Below are positions 24,838 through 45,608 of a stretch of 64,000 nt of DNA, piece after piece. The position numbers were made by a program, and so were the translations under genes. Every line of letters starts with the position of its first letter. Within the stretch, counting starts at the first letter, position 1. Source of the stretch: the human T2T-CHM13v2.0 reference genome, Homo sapiens; NCBI RefSeq assembly GCF_009914755.1, contig NC_060933.1. One strand, 5' to 3'. A model generated the notes under the pieces. That model did not search any database. It was not told where the DNA came from and saw only the letters and a list, made by a program, of their open reading frames with translations.

Positions 24838-25639
24838 GTAAAGATGCCTGCGTGTGGCATGGTGACAGAAGCTCCAGCAGTCGGGAGTCGTCCACGCTCC
24901 CCAAGCAGTTATGACCTTGTCCTGCACGTTCCTCTCACTGGGGCTGAAGCCTGTCTGATGTCTGTGGAGGAAGAGACGGAGCTGCTCCTTAGAGTATGTC
25001 CATTTAGAAACTCAAGTAGTGCAGAGCACAGACCTGCACCATGGAGCTTGGGCTGTGTGACCTCGGGCGAGGTATTTACCCTCTCTGTGCCTCAGGTTTC
25101 TTGTCTGTCGATGGGGGTGCAGGATCCCACCATCGTGGGGTGGCTGTGAGGGTTGGAGGTGCCTGTGTGAGCCCTGGGAATGCCATGGTTATCTGAGCAG
25201 TAGCATTTCCTGGGAATGAAGGGGAGATCGCTGTGCACCAGGACCTGCAGCTTTCAAGTTTGGTGGGGGTTTTTGTTGTGTCTCTTGTATCCACAAAGGA
25301 TTGCTTATTTTGAATTGTGTTGACACTGGAAATTGCAGAAATAATGGACACACTTGTCCTGTGGTCACGGCAACATAGGCAGTGGCCCGCACTTCACTTG
25401 GCTGTGGTTTGTCCCTGTGTGCTGGGCGAGCCGTGCACGCCTTCCTGCACTGGGGATTTCAGTGTGATTCTCACGTCACCTTTTAGGCATTTGGAAACTT
25501 CACCTGTAGTGTAGAGGCCAGGAGGTGCCGAGAGAGCTCGTCGAGGCCACTACAGCTCGCCAAGTTATGCAGTCTTCCTTCTTGTAATGAATGCCCTTTA
25601 AGAGGTTTCTCTCTGGGATCCTTGTACAGGATTCCTGGA

Positions 25640-25950
25640 GTAACACTGTCCACAGAGCCCAAAGGTAGAGGCAGCCCAGTGTCTGCGGATGAATGGATAA
25701 ACACGGGAAGTGTGATCTGTGCACACAGTGGGATATGATTCAGCCTTAAAAAGGAAGGCGATTCGGACACACACACCCCAGGGATGAACTCTGAGGACAG
25801 TGTGCTGAGTGACATGAGCCAGTTACCAAAGGACAGATCCTCTGTGATTCCACTTAGGGGCCACCCTTAGAGTCATCAGATCCATGGGTACAGGAAGTAG
25901 AATGGAGGAGACAGGGGTCATTGTTCAGTGAGTACCGAGTCATACATTGG
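25640..25950 (+). mobile_element. Old L1 (L1MB-like) 3'-end fragment
   Basis: gatgaatggataaac...tcagccttaaaaaggaagg...agccagttaccaaaggacag...gattccactta motifs typical of L1M 3' ends. Confidence 0.65.
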
Positions 25951-27277
25951 AATGAGGCAGTACCTTGATGCCATCCAATCCAGCCCCAGGTTGGTGAGGC
26001 TGTGAGGGCTGTTTGCTCAGAATCCTGGCTTTCTGCACTTAGGGGAGCTTCCTGCCCGGGCCAGAGCTGGGATCTCCTGCTCAGCCGGACCCTGGGGTGT
26101 TACCGGCTGGGTTGGAATTGGACCTGCATTACTGTGTGTTTCTCCTCTCCTGCTCCCCGCCCTGTGAGCCTGGCCACGCCTCCCTCTTCTCCTCGCCCAC
26201 TCCCCACCCTGTGAGCCTGGCCACACCTCCCACGATCTTTTGACAGACTCTGCTTTGTGGTCTTTGGGCTCCAAGTTTCGTTTCTTCAGAAGAACTGCCC
26301 CAGCTGTGTCTGGGGTGAACAAGATGTGCTTTCCTCCCTAGCACGGGGATTGCGTCCTGGACACGGAGCGGTAGCTCCAGGGCACTGCCCTAGAGTGAGA
26401 CTCCTACCTCTGTGGGCAGAGATGCCAGACCGCCCTCAGCCACGACGTGCGATGCAAAGCTTTCTAGGCTCCTGTGTGGCTCTGCCGCACAAACAGCTGT
26501 GGCACATGGCATTGTACCCCCCACTCCCTGCTCCTTGAAAGAGATGCAGCTTGGTCATTGCCCAGTGCTGTCTGCAAGGGAGATGGCTCCCTGGGGAGGT
26601 GGCCCAGGGTCAGGGTCTCCCTGGGAGGGTTGGGGTACCAGCTGGCTGCAGGGAGTAGGGGTGCTATGCGCCATGCCACCCTTTGAGAGGACTGAGGAGT
26701 GTCTGGGGGACAGGTGGGATAATAGTTTCCAGCTCTGCACTGGACCCTGAGTCCTCTGGGGTCTCTGCCACCTCCAGGCTCATGGGATGCCACATTGACA
26801 ATTATGAGGGCCTCCGGCTGAGGGCCAAGGACTATAGCCAGCCCCTGGCCTGGGGCGCCACGCGGTCCTGCAGGCACGCAGGGTGGAAAGTCCCTGGCTG
26901 CACCTTTGAGAGCTCTGGAAAGTCCCTGAGAGGAGCCGGGTTTGGTCATGTGGGAGGGGCGGGCACTGCTCTGGAATAACTTGGCTGTGGCCTTTGATTT
27001 TGTTGATAAAACCTCTCACTGGCTGTAAATGTCACACATGGGGACGGAAATCAACCCGTCTATACAGTTGGGAGCCGCTCTGCCCCTCGGAGCCGCCTCT
27101 CTTTGCTCTCCGGGTGCTCGGAGTGTGCTGCTAGTTGGGGCCTTATTGTAAACACAGTACGGAGGCTAAGGCTGCCTTTCCTCCTTGATGGTCGGAACTT
27201 TATTGGAAAAGGGGAAAATCCTGCTTAGCTTTTGAATGTTTGTCCTTTGCAATGATGCCTTTCTAGGAACTGAATGA

Positions 27278-29027
<1,750 letters not shown>

Positions 29028-29669
29028 TAAAGAACAGTCTTTTAATTAAATCTAAGAACATTGACTATTTGTGCTTTCGTTTTTAGGTTTCATAAGCCAG
29101 AATAGTTGCTTCATAAAAGCCATAATAGTTGCTGAGGCTCCTCTTTGATTCAGCTTGATGGTGGCTTGTTACACACTAGTGTGGCCGAGGGCTGGGTCCT
29201 GTCCCATCAGTGGGTAGCAGAGTGCAAGGCGCTGTTGGGTTCAGGGAGTTGGTTCCTTTAGCAGGCTTAGCTTGGGCCAGTGCCGCTGGAGGTCTTGGAG
29301 GGCTGGGCCCATGTTCCCTGGGGCGCCTCTAAGGAGTAGTTGCTGTGCCTGTGTGAAGGTTTGGGAGGAACACTCCCTGGGGAGGTTGAATGGAAGCCAG
29401 CCCAAGTGCCTGTGCTGTCCAGAGCAGGGTCTCCCCTCTTGGGGGAAGTAGCATTAACCTTTCCTGAGTCACTTGGGGCTCCTGAGCTGTAGCCAGCTCT
29501 CTATGGAGCTGCTGACCCCCACTCCCCACCCCATGAAGGGCCCCGCAGCCAGGTCCTCTGCTGCCCTGGCCTCTCAGGAACCTTCCTCTCAGCACATTGT
29601 CCTCCTCTCTCCGGGTTGTGCCCATCGGTACAGAATATGCTCTAGTCTCTCCTGTCTCAAAACTTAGTG

Positions 29670-29960
29670 TTGTGCTCAGTGAGCTAAGCTAGGCACAAGA
29701 AGATAAAGACTGCGTGAATTCACTGACAGAGTCCCCGGAGTGGTCAAATTGAGAGCCAATAGATGGTGCTGGGGGCTGGAGCAGGGGAATGGGGAGTTAG
29801 GGTTTAACAGGGACAGGGTTTCAGGTTTCTACAATGGGAAAGCGTGATGGAGGTAGATGGTGGTGATGGTTACATAACATCAGTGAAATGTACTTAATAC
29901 CACAGAACTGTGCACTTGAAAATGGTTAAGATGATACATTTTATGTTTATCATGATTGAA
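29670..29960 (+). mobile_element. Old L1 (L1MB-like) 3'-terminal fragment
   Basis: gatggtggtgatggttacataacat...gtacttaataccacagaactgtgcacttgaaaatggttaagatg. Confidence 0.65.
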
Positions 29961-30057
29961 GAAACAGCAGATTTTCAACTTCCTGTTCCTTTGACTTCCA
30001 TTCCCTTTCTCTGTTCCCAGTCATAGCAGACTTCTCCCAAAAGACGTGTTTAACTCT

Positions 30058-31007
30058 GGCCAGGCACAGGGGCTCATGCCTGTAATCCCAGTACTTTGGG
30101 AGGCTTAGGTGGGCAGATTGCTTGAGCTCAGGAGTTCAAGACCAGCCTGGGTAAGATGGCTCTACCGCCGGGCGCGGTGGCTCACACCTGTAATCCCAGC
30201 ACTTTGGGAGGCCAAGGCAGGTGAATCACGAGGTCAGGAGATTGAGACCATCCTGGCTAACACGGTGAAACCCTGTCTGTACTAAAAATACAAAAAAATT
30301 AGCCGGGTGTGGTGGCGGGCGCCCGTAGTCCCAGCTACTCAGGAGGCTGAGGCAGAAGAATGGTGTGAACCCAGGAGGTGGAGGTTGCTGGTTGCAGTGA
30401 GCCGAGATCGCGCCACTGCACGACAGAGCAAGATTCCATCTCAAAACAAAAACAAAAAACCAAGATGGCTCTGCCAAAAATACAAAGAAATTTAGCTGGG
30501 TGTGGTGGTGCGTGCCTGTATTCCTATAGTCCCAGCTATGTGGGTGCTGATGTCGAGGCTGCAGTGACCTGTATTCTTACCCCTGCACTCCAGCCTAGGT
30601 AACTGTATCAGTCCATTTTCATACTACTATAAAGAAATACCCGAGACTTGGGTAGTTTATAAAGAAAAAGAGGTTGAATGGACTCATAGTTCCATGTGCC
30701 TGGGGAGGCCTCACAATCATGGAGGAAGGCAAAGGAGGAGAAAGGCACGTCTCACATGGCAGCAGGCAAGAGAGCATGTGCAGGGGAACTGCCCTTTATC
30801 AAACCATCAGATCCCATGAGACTTACTATCACGAGAGCAGCACGGGAAAAACCCACCCCATGATTCAATGACCTCCCACCAGGCCCCTCCCACAACACAT
30901 GGGGATTATGGGAGTTGCAATTCAAGATGAGATTTGGGTGGGGACACAGCCAAACCATATCAGTGACAAAGTGAGACCCTGTCTCAAAAAACAAAACAAA
31001 ACAAAAA
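30058..31007 (+). mobile_element. AluJ-like host interrupted by a younger Alu (30167-30461) and a THE1 LTR
   Basis: Host Alu sequence resumes after each insert; TSDs visible. Confidence 0.85.
30604..30962 (-). mobile_element. THE1 (ERVL-MaLR) solo LTR
   Basis: Minus strand begins TGATATGGTTTGGCTGTGTCCCCACCCAAATCTCATCTTGAATTG; TG...CA termini; 5-bp TSD gtaac/gtgac. Confidence 0.9.
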
Positions 31008-32412
31008 GCCCTGTTTAGTTTTATTTCTGTACCTCACCAGCCCCTTATGGAGGCAGGTGGGACCTCCTGTGGCTTGGGCCAGAGGCCTGAGAGTCCTTCT
31101 TGACTTCTCTGTGTTCCTGTAAGCGGCACGTTCAGTCTGCTGGCAGGTCCACGTGGCTCCCCAGACACATCCTGAATCCGGCCCTCTCTCCCGTTACACT
31201 AGCACCTTTGTAGTGCCTGCCACCCCGTTCTTCCTCCTGTGACTGCTGCGGCTTCCCAACCTTAGAGTCTGTGAGAGGTGCAGCTGCCAGGCAGTCCTGG
31301 AAGGGTTCAGCCACATCCCGTCACCTTGCTGTCCTGACCCCTCACATTCGGGCAGAGCCCTCAAGACGGTCGGGGAAGCCCTGCCTGGGGCAGCAGTGGG
31401 CTGGAGAGGTGGCTGGGTTCTGCATCCTACATTCTTGATTCTTCCTGGCCTGGGTGTGGCGAGGAGCTGGCACCGCCTCCCTTCCCTCTGTGTCCTTTTC
31501 CCTTGCCACCCTGGCCATCTGTGGACGTCCACAGTCCTCTGCCTCGCCTGACGCTTAGCCTGCGGCACCGGCTCCCGCTTCCCTAGTCTGCAGTCTGCAT
31601 CTTGTGGCACCTTCCCCGGCCCTGCCTCCACTGCCTGCCTTCCCTGGTGTTCTGGCACTGGTGGTCACTACCAGGTTGTCAGCTCCAGGAGGGCAGGGCC
31701 TCTGCCCAGCTCCTGGGTGGCTCAGTGTGTGGGAACGTGTAGGTGCCTGAGTGACCTTCCTGTGTGTCACTGGCCCTCGCCTGTCTTCCTCGCAGCTTCG
31801 GCCCTTTCAGATGCGTGTGCTGCGCAGCTAGACCCAGCTCCTGGCACCTTGGCCTGGTGGGCTTGTGCCTCAGGCCTTTGCTGGCTTCCTGGTGCTGGAG
31901 GCAGAGGCCAGCTGCCCGCATGCTATCTCCCGTGCGTGTTCCCTACCTCTTCACACCTCCCACCTGCAATGAGGATGGGGCTGGGACTGGCAAGACTCAG
32001 CCTGGACCGCGTTGGGCTTGGTCATCAGATCGAGCGTGGCCTGCTTTCTCGGTTAGGAGCTGGTGTGTGTGGCAGGGACCCGCTGGCGCAGAGCAGGGAC
32101 TGTGCACTTGGCTGTTTCAGGGGGCAGATCGGGGAGCCTGGTGGTGGCAAGGCATCCACACAGAGACCCCCATGGCAGAGCATCCCCTCAGCTCAGTGTG
32201 CGGTGAAGAGAGTGGAGACGAGGACACACTGATCTGATCTCCTCCTGCCCTCCCACCTGTGGGAGCCCTGAGAGCTATCTGCAGAGGGCGGCCCCCAGGA
32301 CCAGCATGCGGACACCAAGCCAGCGCTACATCGCCTTGTGTCCCCGGGTGAAGCTGTGGCTGCCCAAATGTCCCACGCGAGTTCTACTGACGCTTCCTCC
32401 TTTCGTTGCTAG

Positions 32413-32574
32413 AGCTGCCACGAAGGCCGCTGCCCGCTCATGCTGACCGAATGTCCCGCGTGCAAAGGCCTGGTCCGCCTTGGTGAAAAGGAGCGCCACC
32501 TGGAGCACGAGTGCCCGGAGAGAAGCCTGAGCTGCCGGCATTGCCGGGCACCCTGCTGCGGAGCAGACGTGAAG
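32413..32574 (+). CDS. TRAF2: TRAF2 exon 5; TRAF-type zinc fingers (SCHEGRCPLMLTECPAC...CCGADVK)
   Basis: tttcgttgctAG| acceptor; AAG|gtgcgt donor; 162 nt. Confidence 0.98.
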
Positions 32575-32784
32575 GTGCGTGGGGTGGAGCAGCAGCCTGT
32601 GTGGCTGCAGCCATGCGGGGCTGAGCTGGGGAGCTGCGTGCTGGCCACTGCGGCTGCGTCGGCCCCTTTGCACTCGTTCCACCCCCTCGGCCCTTTCCCT
32701 GGAGACACGCGGGCGGATGTTTCTTGGCAGAACTGGGAATGGGTGTGAAGTTAATGCCGAGGCCTTTCAAAAGCATTTTTGTAA

Positions 32785-33597
<813 letters not shown>

Positions 33598-34290
33598 CTA
33601 GTCGCTAGCGCCATGTCTGAGATGCAGCTGTGACTGCTCACATGGCCTGCAGCCTGTGTCTGCGTCCCTGTTGTCTGTCTTTGCCTTGGTGTATCTGAAT
33701 CACGATCCATACAGGGTTCCTGCCTTTGGTGGAAATGTCTCTGGGTCTCTCTCTGCCTCTGGGGCCCATGGCATCTTTTTTCCTGGGCTCTTGTCCTTCA
33801 GGAGCCCCACTTCCCTGAGACCCATCTGCACTTCCCTGTAAACTGTCAGATGGACGGGCCTGACCATAGCACATCTAGGGTGCCAAGCCCTCCGCAGCAG
33901 CATGTCAGGGTCTGTCTTGGAGACGTCCCGCATGCCGCCAGCCCTGCCCATCCGCCAGGCCCTCCCACCGGCCTCGCCTCCCAGCGGGAGCAGCGTTTCC
34001 CCATCTTCACCGGGGCCGTTGTTTCACGTGGCTTCCAAATCTCCTCTGGTGGCTTGGGTCTCCCTCGCATTGCCCTGAGCTGGCAGAACAAACAAAGCGT
34101 TAAGATCTCCGAGGCTCCTGGGTGGTGCTGGCAGGATCCTGCCCGGGAGGAGCACTGTCCTTCGAGGCTGGAGGGTGACCACGTGCTCCTGCAGCCCCTC
34201 GGCGCTGCCCAGCCTGAGCACTGTGTGCCGCCCTCCACCCGCGCCTGGCATTGGCGTCCACCCTTACACTCCTGATCCCTTCTTTTGAAG

Positions 34291-34365
34291 GCGCACCACG
34301 AGGTCTGCCCCAAGTTCCCCTTAACTTGTGACGGCTGCGGCAAGAAGAAGATCCCCCGGGAGAAG
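34291..34365 (+). CDS. TRAF2: TRAF2 exon 6 (AHHEVCPKFPLTCDGCGKKKIPREK)
   Basis: tcttttgaAG| acceptor; AAG|gtgagt donor; 75 nt. Confidence 0.98.
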
Positions 34366-35522
34366 GTGAGTGTCCTTCACCTCCTTGGAGGACCGCAGGG
34401 CGGGGCCCATGTGTTGGACGTGAGGGTCCCGTGGGTGGGGGTGGGGCAGGTTATGACCCTTGTGCCCAAAGGAACAGCAGTGCAAAGCCCCTGTAACGTT
34501 GGGTCATGGATGCGTTCAGGGTGGCGGCCGCTCTCCTGAGTGGGCCGGGGGCCAGGTGGCTGAGTCCCGAGCCCTCTTCCTCATCCTCCAGTGTACACAG
34601 CTGCTTACTTTTCAGCAGGTCACTTCCTAGTTATCCTGAAAATGAAACATTAAAGTTCTCATCGCCCTCCATGTGCTGCTTATGAGAAATGTTGTTACTG
34701 ACTTTGAAGCTGAATGTTTGCAGCAAGCGGTTGGGGTGGAGACTGGGCGCCCTAGTCTGGTCTGCTGCCACAGCCGTGAAATGTGGGTGGCTCGCCTGGC
34801 AGAACTTTGTCCCTGGTGTCCTTACTTCTTTCAGGAAAATGGTTTCTCTCCCAGTTGAGAGTTAACTGCTGCAGATGACACCTTTAGGAAAGGAAGCTGG
34901 GAAATAATACGCATGGAAACATTTTCCCAAACTGCCTCCCTTGTTGGAGGTGTGAGGGTAGCTCATCCAGAGAGGCTGAAGCTCTGGAAGGGGCACCTGC
35001 TCTGTGTGTCAGAGGTCCAATGTGGAGGCCTCACAGGTGGCAGCCCCCATCTGGGCAGCTACAGGAGGGGTCAGGCTGGCCAGGCCCGCCCGCGGGCTCA
35101 GCCTGACAGGTGTGTGCCTGTCTTTCTGATTTGCTTCTGTTTAAATATAGGTCACAGCCCAAGTCCTGAAATGGGTAGGGCTGGGGGACGGGACAGGGCT
35201 GTCTCCTCACCTCTTTCCACTTGTCTGTTAAATGTCCCGCACTGTGAGCTTGGCCGAGTGCTGTCTGAAAGCATCCTTTCCCTTCACCTGGAGACTGGAG
35301 CGCCATAGAGGCTATGGCTGCTGCCATGCCCCCTTCAGAGGCCAGGACGCCTGCCTGGGGCCCGTGTCTGTGAGGCTGTGTCCCCTGCTGGTGGGGCCTG
35401 GAGGTGCCCCCGAGAGGTGCCCTCTGCGTGTGCCCCAGTCTGTGTCAGCCCTTGTCTGTCCTGAGGGGGTTGTACAGAGGAGTTAGGAGGTGATTCTTTC
35501 CTTGAGACTGTTTCCAGAGTGA

Positions 35523-39558
<4,036 letters not shown>

Positions 39559-39785
39559 GTTTTGTAATTTTGTAAAATGGTTACATGGCACCAAAGCGAA
39601 AACTACAAAAAAGGTGCATTCTGAGACGTCAGAGGGAAATGTGTCAGGCTCCCCGTCCGCAGCGCCGTGCGGTCGTTCAGAAATTTGCATTCCCATAAGC
39701 ATTGTGGGAGCACCGTCTCCCGAGACTTGCCAGCACAGTGTGGTGTGAAGGTTGGACGTGCCACTGTGATGTGTGAGAAACACAT

Positions 39786-40055
39786 CAGTCCTCTGTATCG
39801 GGGGTCCACGCCGTGGATCCAGCCAACCGTAGGTTGGAAATGTTCAGGTAAAAATGCACTGAACACGCGCGGACATTTTTTATTGACACAGCGTTCACGT
39901 TGTATTGGTCATGAGTCACCGAGAGCTGATTTCAGGTATGAGGGAGGGTGTGCTTAGGCTCTGTGCAAACACTCTGCCATCTTCCATCAGGGACTCGAGC
40001 ATCCTTGGGTTTCAGGGACCCTGAGACCAACCTCCTATGGGTGGCAAGGGACAGC
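39786..40055. mobile_element. MER2-like TcMar-Tigger relic
   Basis: cagtcctctgtatc...gtggatccagccaacc...agggactcgagcatcc...agggacagc follows the recalled MER2 consensus. Confidence 0.6.
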
Positions 40056-40911
40056 AGAGCCTCGAGGCGGTTCTGACGGGCGTTTCCCAAGCTGTGGTGT
40101 GACCGAGCCCATCTGTGCTTCTCTTGCTGTTCATGACTCCTGCCCACTGAATAGTGTTTTTGGTTTTTGTTTGTTTTGGGGGAAATTGTTCAAGGTTCTT
40201 ATGTGACTGTTTCTGGAAACTGATTCACAGTTACGGCCGTTTCCCTCCTTCCGGGTATGAAATCTTGTGCTGCGTCTGGCATGTGTGGGTTTGGTTTTCT
40301 CACACTCAGAGCCGCGACACACCTGCCATGTCACCTGGGAAATGGAGGAGGGACTTGGGGTTCATGTTTTTCCTCGGGCTGTTCCTGCATCCATAGACCC
40401 ATGTCAGATACCACAGTGTTAGTCTCTGTTTCTTCCCTGGTTCGATGTTCCTGTTGTATGTGAGTGTCTGTGTGCACTTGGCCCCTTTCTGGATTTTACG
40501 TTTTGCTTCATGTTGTGTCTGTGTCATCCTGTACCACCACGCACCGGGTGAGCAGTGGGCGTTTGATTCTAGGTTTTGAACCCAGGCCCTGAGGCCTCAG
40601 CACCGCATGTCCTGTGGACTGTGATAGAGGGACAGGCGTGCCATGTGACACACAAGCTGGGGTCTCCACAGGTGTCCCGAAATGCTTGCCCATCTCAGTT
40701 ACTGGCACAGTGTGCATGTTTGCACGTGTGTGTGCACAGGTGTGTGAGCGTGTCGCTTTGGAAATGGGCTGTTGGGTTTCATTCAGTGTGAGAGTGAAGA
40801 GGCCAACGGGGCAGGTCATGTAACCTCTGTGTCAGTCAGTGTGGTCCATGTGGAAGTGCTGAAATGCATCAGAACAGAGAAAGATGGCTCTGTGACGTCA
40901 CTCCCTTGTAG

Positions 40912-40986
40912 TTTCAGGACCACGTCAAGACTTGTGGCAAGTGTCGAGTCCCTTGCAGATTCCACGCCATCGGCTGCCTCGAGACG
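40912..40986 (+). CDS. TRAF2: TRAF2 exon 7 (FQDHVKTCGKCRVPCRFHAIGCLET)
   Basis: ctcccttgtAG| acceptor; ACG|gtgagt donor; 75 nt. Confidence 0.97.
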
Positions 40987-42538
40987 GTGAGTCGGGGGGT
41001 CTGAGGTTGGGGGCCACCCCTCATCCTGGGTGTGGTCTTCACTGCCTCCAGCCCAGTGCTTCCTGGTTTCCTTCCAGCTGCTCCTCAGCCACCTCTGCAG
41101 CACTGCCTCCTCCTGCCCCGGCTGTCCGAGTGTTCCCAGCTTGGTCTCTGGGCTGGCAGCCCTGTCCACTCCCTCCTGGTGGCATTGTAGTGCCTGGCTT
41201 TGACTGCCACCTGTCTCTGAGGATGCCCAGTGTGTGTGCCCACCTGTCGCCTTGAGCCTCCCTGGGTGTTGAGTGCACGTCTCAGATGTACCCGGCCGGC
41301 TCGCCACGACCACTCCTTGGCCGCTGTCTCCCTGCCCCCATCTCACACAGAAAAGGGCAGCACTCTAACCCAGCGGCTGTCGCTGAGCCCTCCGCCACCA
41401 ACAGGCACTCGGGCCCCTCCTCTCGCCTCATGCTTCACGTTCGGGCTGACAGAGGTCTCGTCTACCCTCAAATGGTCCCCCCAGCCGTCACTGCCCTGTC
41501 CACGTCATCCTCATCTCTCACTGGGACCCAGGCTCAGGCGCTTATGGGACCCCCGTTCTTTTCCGTTCTGGCCTGTTCACAGATGGAAATCGATCACAGC
41601 TCTTCCTCATGGCTTCTCATTCAGAGTGGCCTGCTCCTGTGATCTTTCCCTCCCCTCAGCTATCTCCTCTGCCCTGCTCGCTGGCCTGAGCTTCCTTGGG
41701 CATGCCCACTTGTGCCCACCCCAGGCACTTGGGCACTGGCACAATGGCCAGGCGCCTGGGTCTCTCCAGGTGGACCCCCCTGCTCCACCCCTGCAGACTC
41801 TGCCCCTCTGTCGCCAGCACCTCGTGTCTTTGTCTCTTGTCCGTCTTGCCCTGTACAACAGGAGCCCCTTGAGGTCAGGACCCTCGAGGAGTACTGGGCC
41901 CAGAGGTGGCCCCCAGCTGAGGTGTGTGCCTGATGGATGGAGAGGGGCAGGCCGTGGGTGCAGACCCTCCCCTGGCCAGCTCACTGGGCGGGCACCTTCC
42001 TTGCTTGAAGACAGGGATGTCTTGACGGCATTTGTGGTAGAGTCAGTTGCTGACTTGATTCTATGTGGCCTTAGGTATTGTGTTTTTTTCCTAATGGTGA
42101 AAAGGAGCGTGGCTGCTTCCATTTTCTTTGTCTGCGTTGGATAGTCTTCTGCTGTCCGTGTTCTTGTCTGTTTCCTGCTCTGACGTGGCATCTGCCATCT
42201 CTAGGAAGCCCAGGCTTCCCGTGCGGGAGGTTGCGTAGTGACCACCCGGGCCTCAGTGGTGCTTGCTGCCGCCACCGTGCTCCTTGTTTCTGGGCCTCTT
42301 GGTGTTGAGAAATGAGAGAGAACACAGCGTGAGTCTGTGGCGATGCTCGCTTCCCGTTTGCACAAAGGATCTCCCCGTGCTGGCACACCCACCCCAGGCT
42401 CAGCCAGGGCCTGCTTTTTCCACGCCGCGCACAGCATGGTCCCAACAGCAGCACTCTCTGAGAAAATGCAGGGCGAGCTCTCGTCCAGCTGTTTGTGTCT
42501 TGAGTGCCCTTCTGCTCTCTGGGTGGTCATGCCTCTAG

Positions 42539-44410
<1,872 letters not shown>

Positions 44411-44626
44411 GCAACTAAGTTCTATAGCTTCACGTTCTTTAAACACACCTGACTTTCAGTCTGTCATACACAAGAAGGATCAGCCATGACCAGGCCACCC
44501 AGGCATCCCTATCTATGACCCTGGCCTGTCTCCTCAGCTCAGCTGAGGCCCACGTCTTGGTGGCCGTCCCCGGGTGGGAGCCGAATGGTGGATGGAGCCA
44601 GCAGCCTCCCTGCCCTGTGTCCGCAG

Positions 44627-44908
44627 GTAGAGGGTGAGAAACAGCAGGAGCACGAGGTGCAGTGGCTGCGGGAGCACCTGGCCATGCTACTGAGCTCGGT
44701 GCTGGAGGCAAAGCCCCTCTTGGGAGACCAGAGCCACGCGGGGTCAGAGCTCCTGCAGAGGTGCGAGAGCCTGGAGAAGAAGACGGCCACTTTTGAGAAC
44801 ATTGTCTGCGTCCTGAACCGGGAGGTGGAGAGGGTGGCCATGACTGCCGAGGCCTGCAGCCGGCAGCACCGGCTGGACCAAGACAAGATTGAAGCCCTGA
44901 GTAGCAAG
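44627..44908 (+). CDS. TRAF2: TRAF2 exon 8; last zinc finger end and coiled coil/TRAF-N (VEGEKQQEH...KIEALSSK)
   Basis: tgtccgcAG| acceptor; AAG|gtttgt donor; 282 nt. Confidence 0.98.
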
Positions 44909-45430
44909 GTTTGTGCCTGCCGGGTGGCCAGCCATGAGGAGGACAGTGTAAAGGGGGATAGTGTTCGTGCCCCAGCAGGTTCTAGCAGGTCCTAGAGCTT
45001 TAGAGCCCGGACAATGTAGAACTCCATCTGCAAACCCCAGTCCAGTGTGGTTTAGGGGAGGCTCTGGCCCCCTTCATTTCTGAGTCCTGTCATCTAAGGG
45101 ACCCAAACCCTGGAAGGTCCTAGAGGCCAGGCCGTGGGCAGGAGCCTCTTCTCTCTGATGGGAGGGCAGAGTCAGCCATGGATGGGGATGTGCATGGCCT
45201 GGTGTGGCTTCTGAGCACGCTTGCTGGCCCGGAGCTTCTGTGTGGACTTGGAGCCACCACCTCTTGGCGAGGGTGGGGTTGGGTTCTTGTGTGCAGGGAG
45301 TGGACATGAGAAACATGGAGCCCAGGGGTGCCCAAGAGCACTGTCCTGCTGGAGATCGGTGGGTGTGGGAGGCAGGGGCTCGTGCCCGCACCCCTCCTGT
45401 AAGAGGGAAGGTGGTCTTGGCACCCGGCAG

Positions 45431-45608
45431 GTGCAGCAGCTGGAGAGGAGCATTGGCCTCAAGGACCTGGCGATGGCTGACTTGGAGCAGAAGGTCTTGG
45501 AGATGGAGGCATCCACCTACGATGGGGTCTTCATCTGGAAGATCTCAGACTTCGCCAGGAAGCGCCAGGAAGCTGTGGCTGGCCGCATACCCGCCATCTT
45601 CTCCCCAG
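45431..45608 (+). CDS. TRAF2: TRAF2 exon 9; coiled coil end and start of MATH/TRAF-C (DGVFIWKISDF...IFSP)
   Basis: cccggcAG| acceptor; CAG|gtgtgg donor; 178 nt. Confidence 0.98.

Noticed and set aside
41230-42191. 304-aa and 194-aa intronic ORFs
   Set aside because: Non-ATG or weak starts, low complexity, no homology recognised
44585-44626. Intronic ATG in frame with exon 8 (TRAF-domain-only product)
   Set aside because: Weak Kozak context (C at -3) and no promoter evidence
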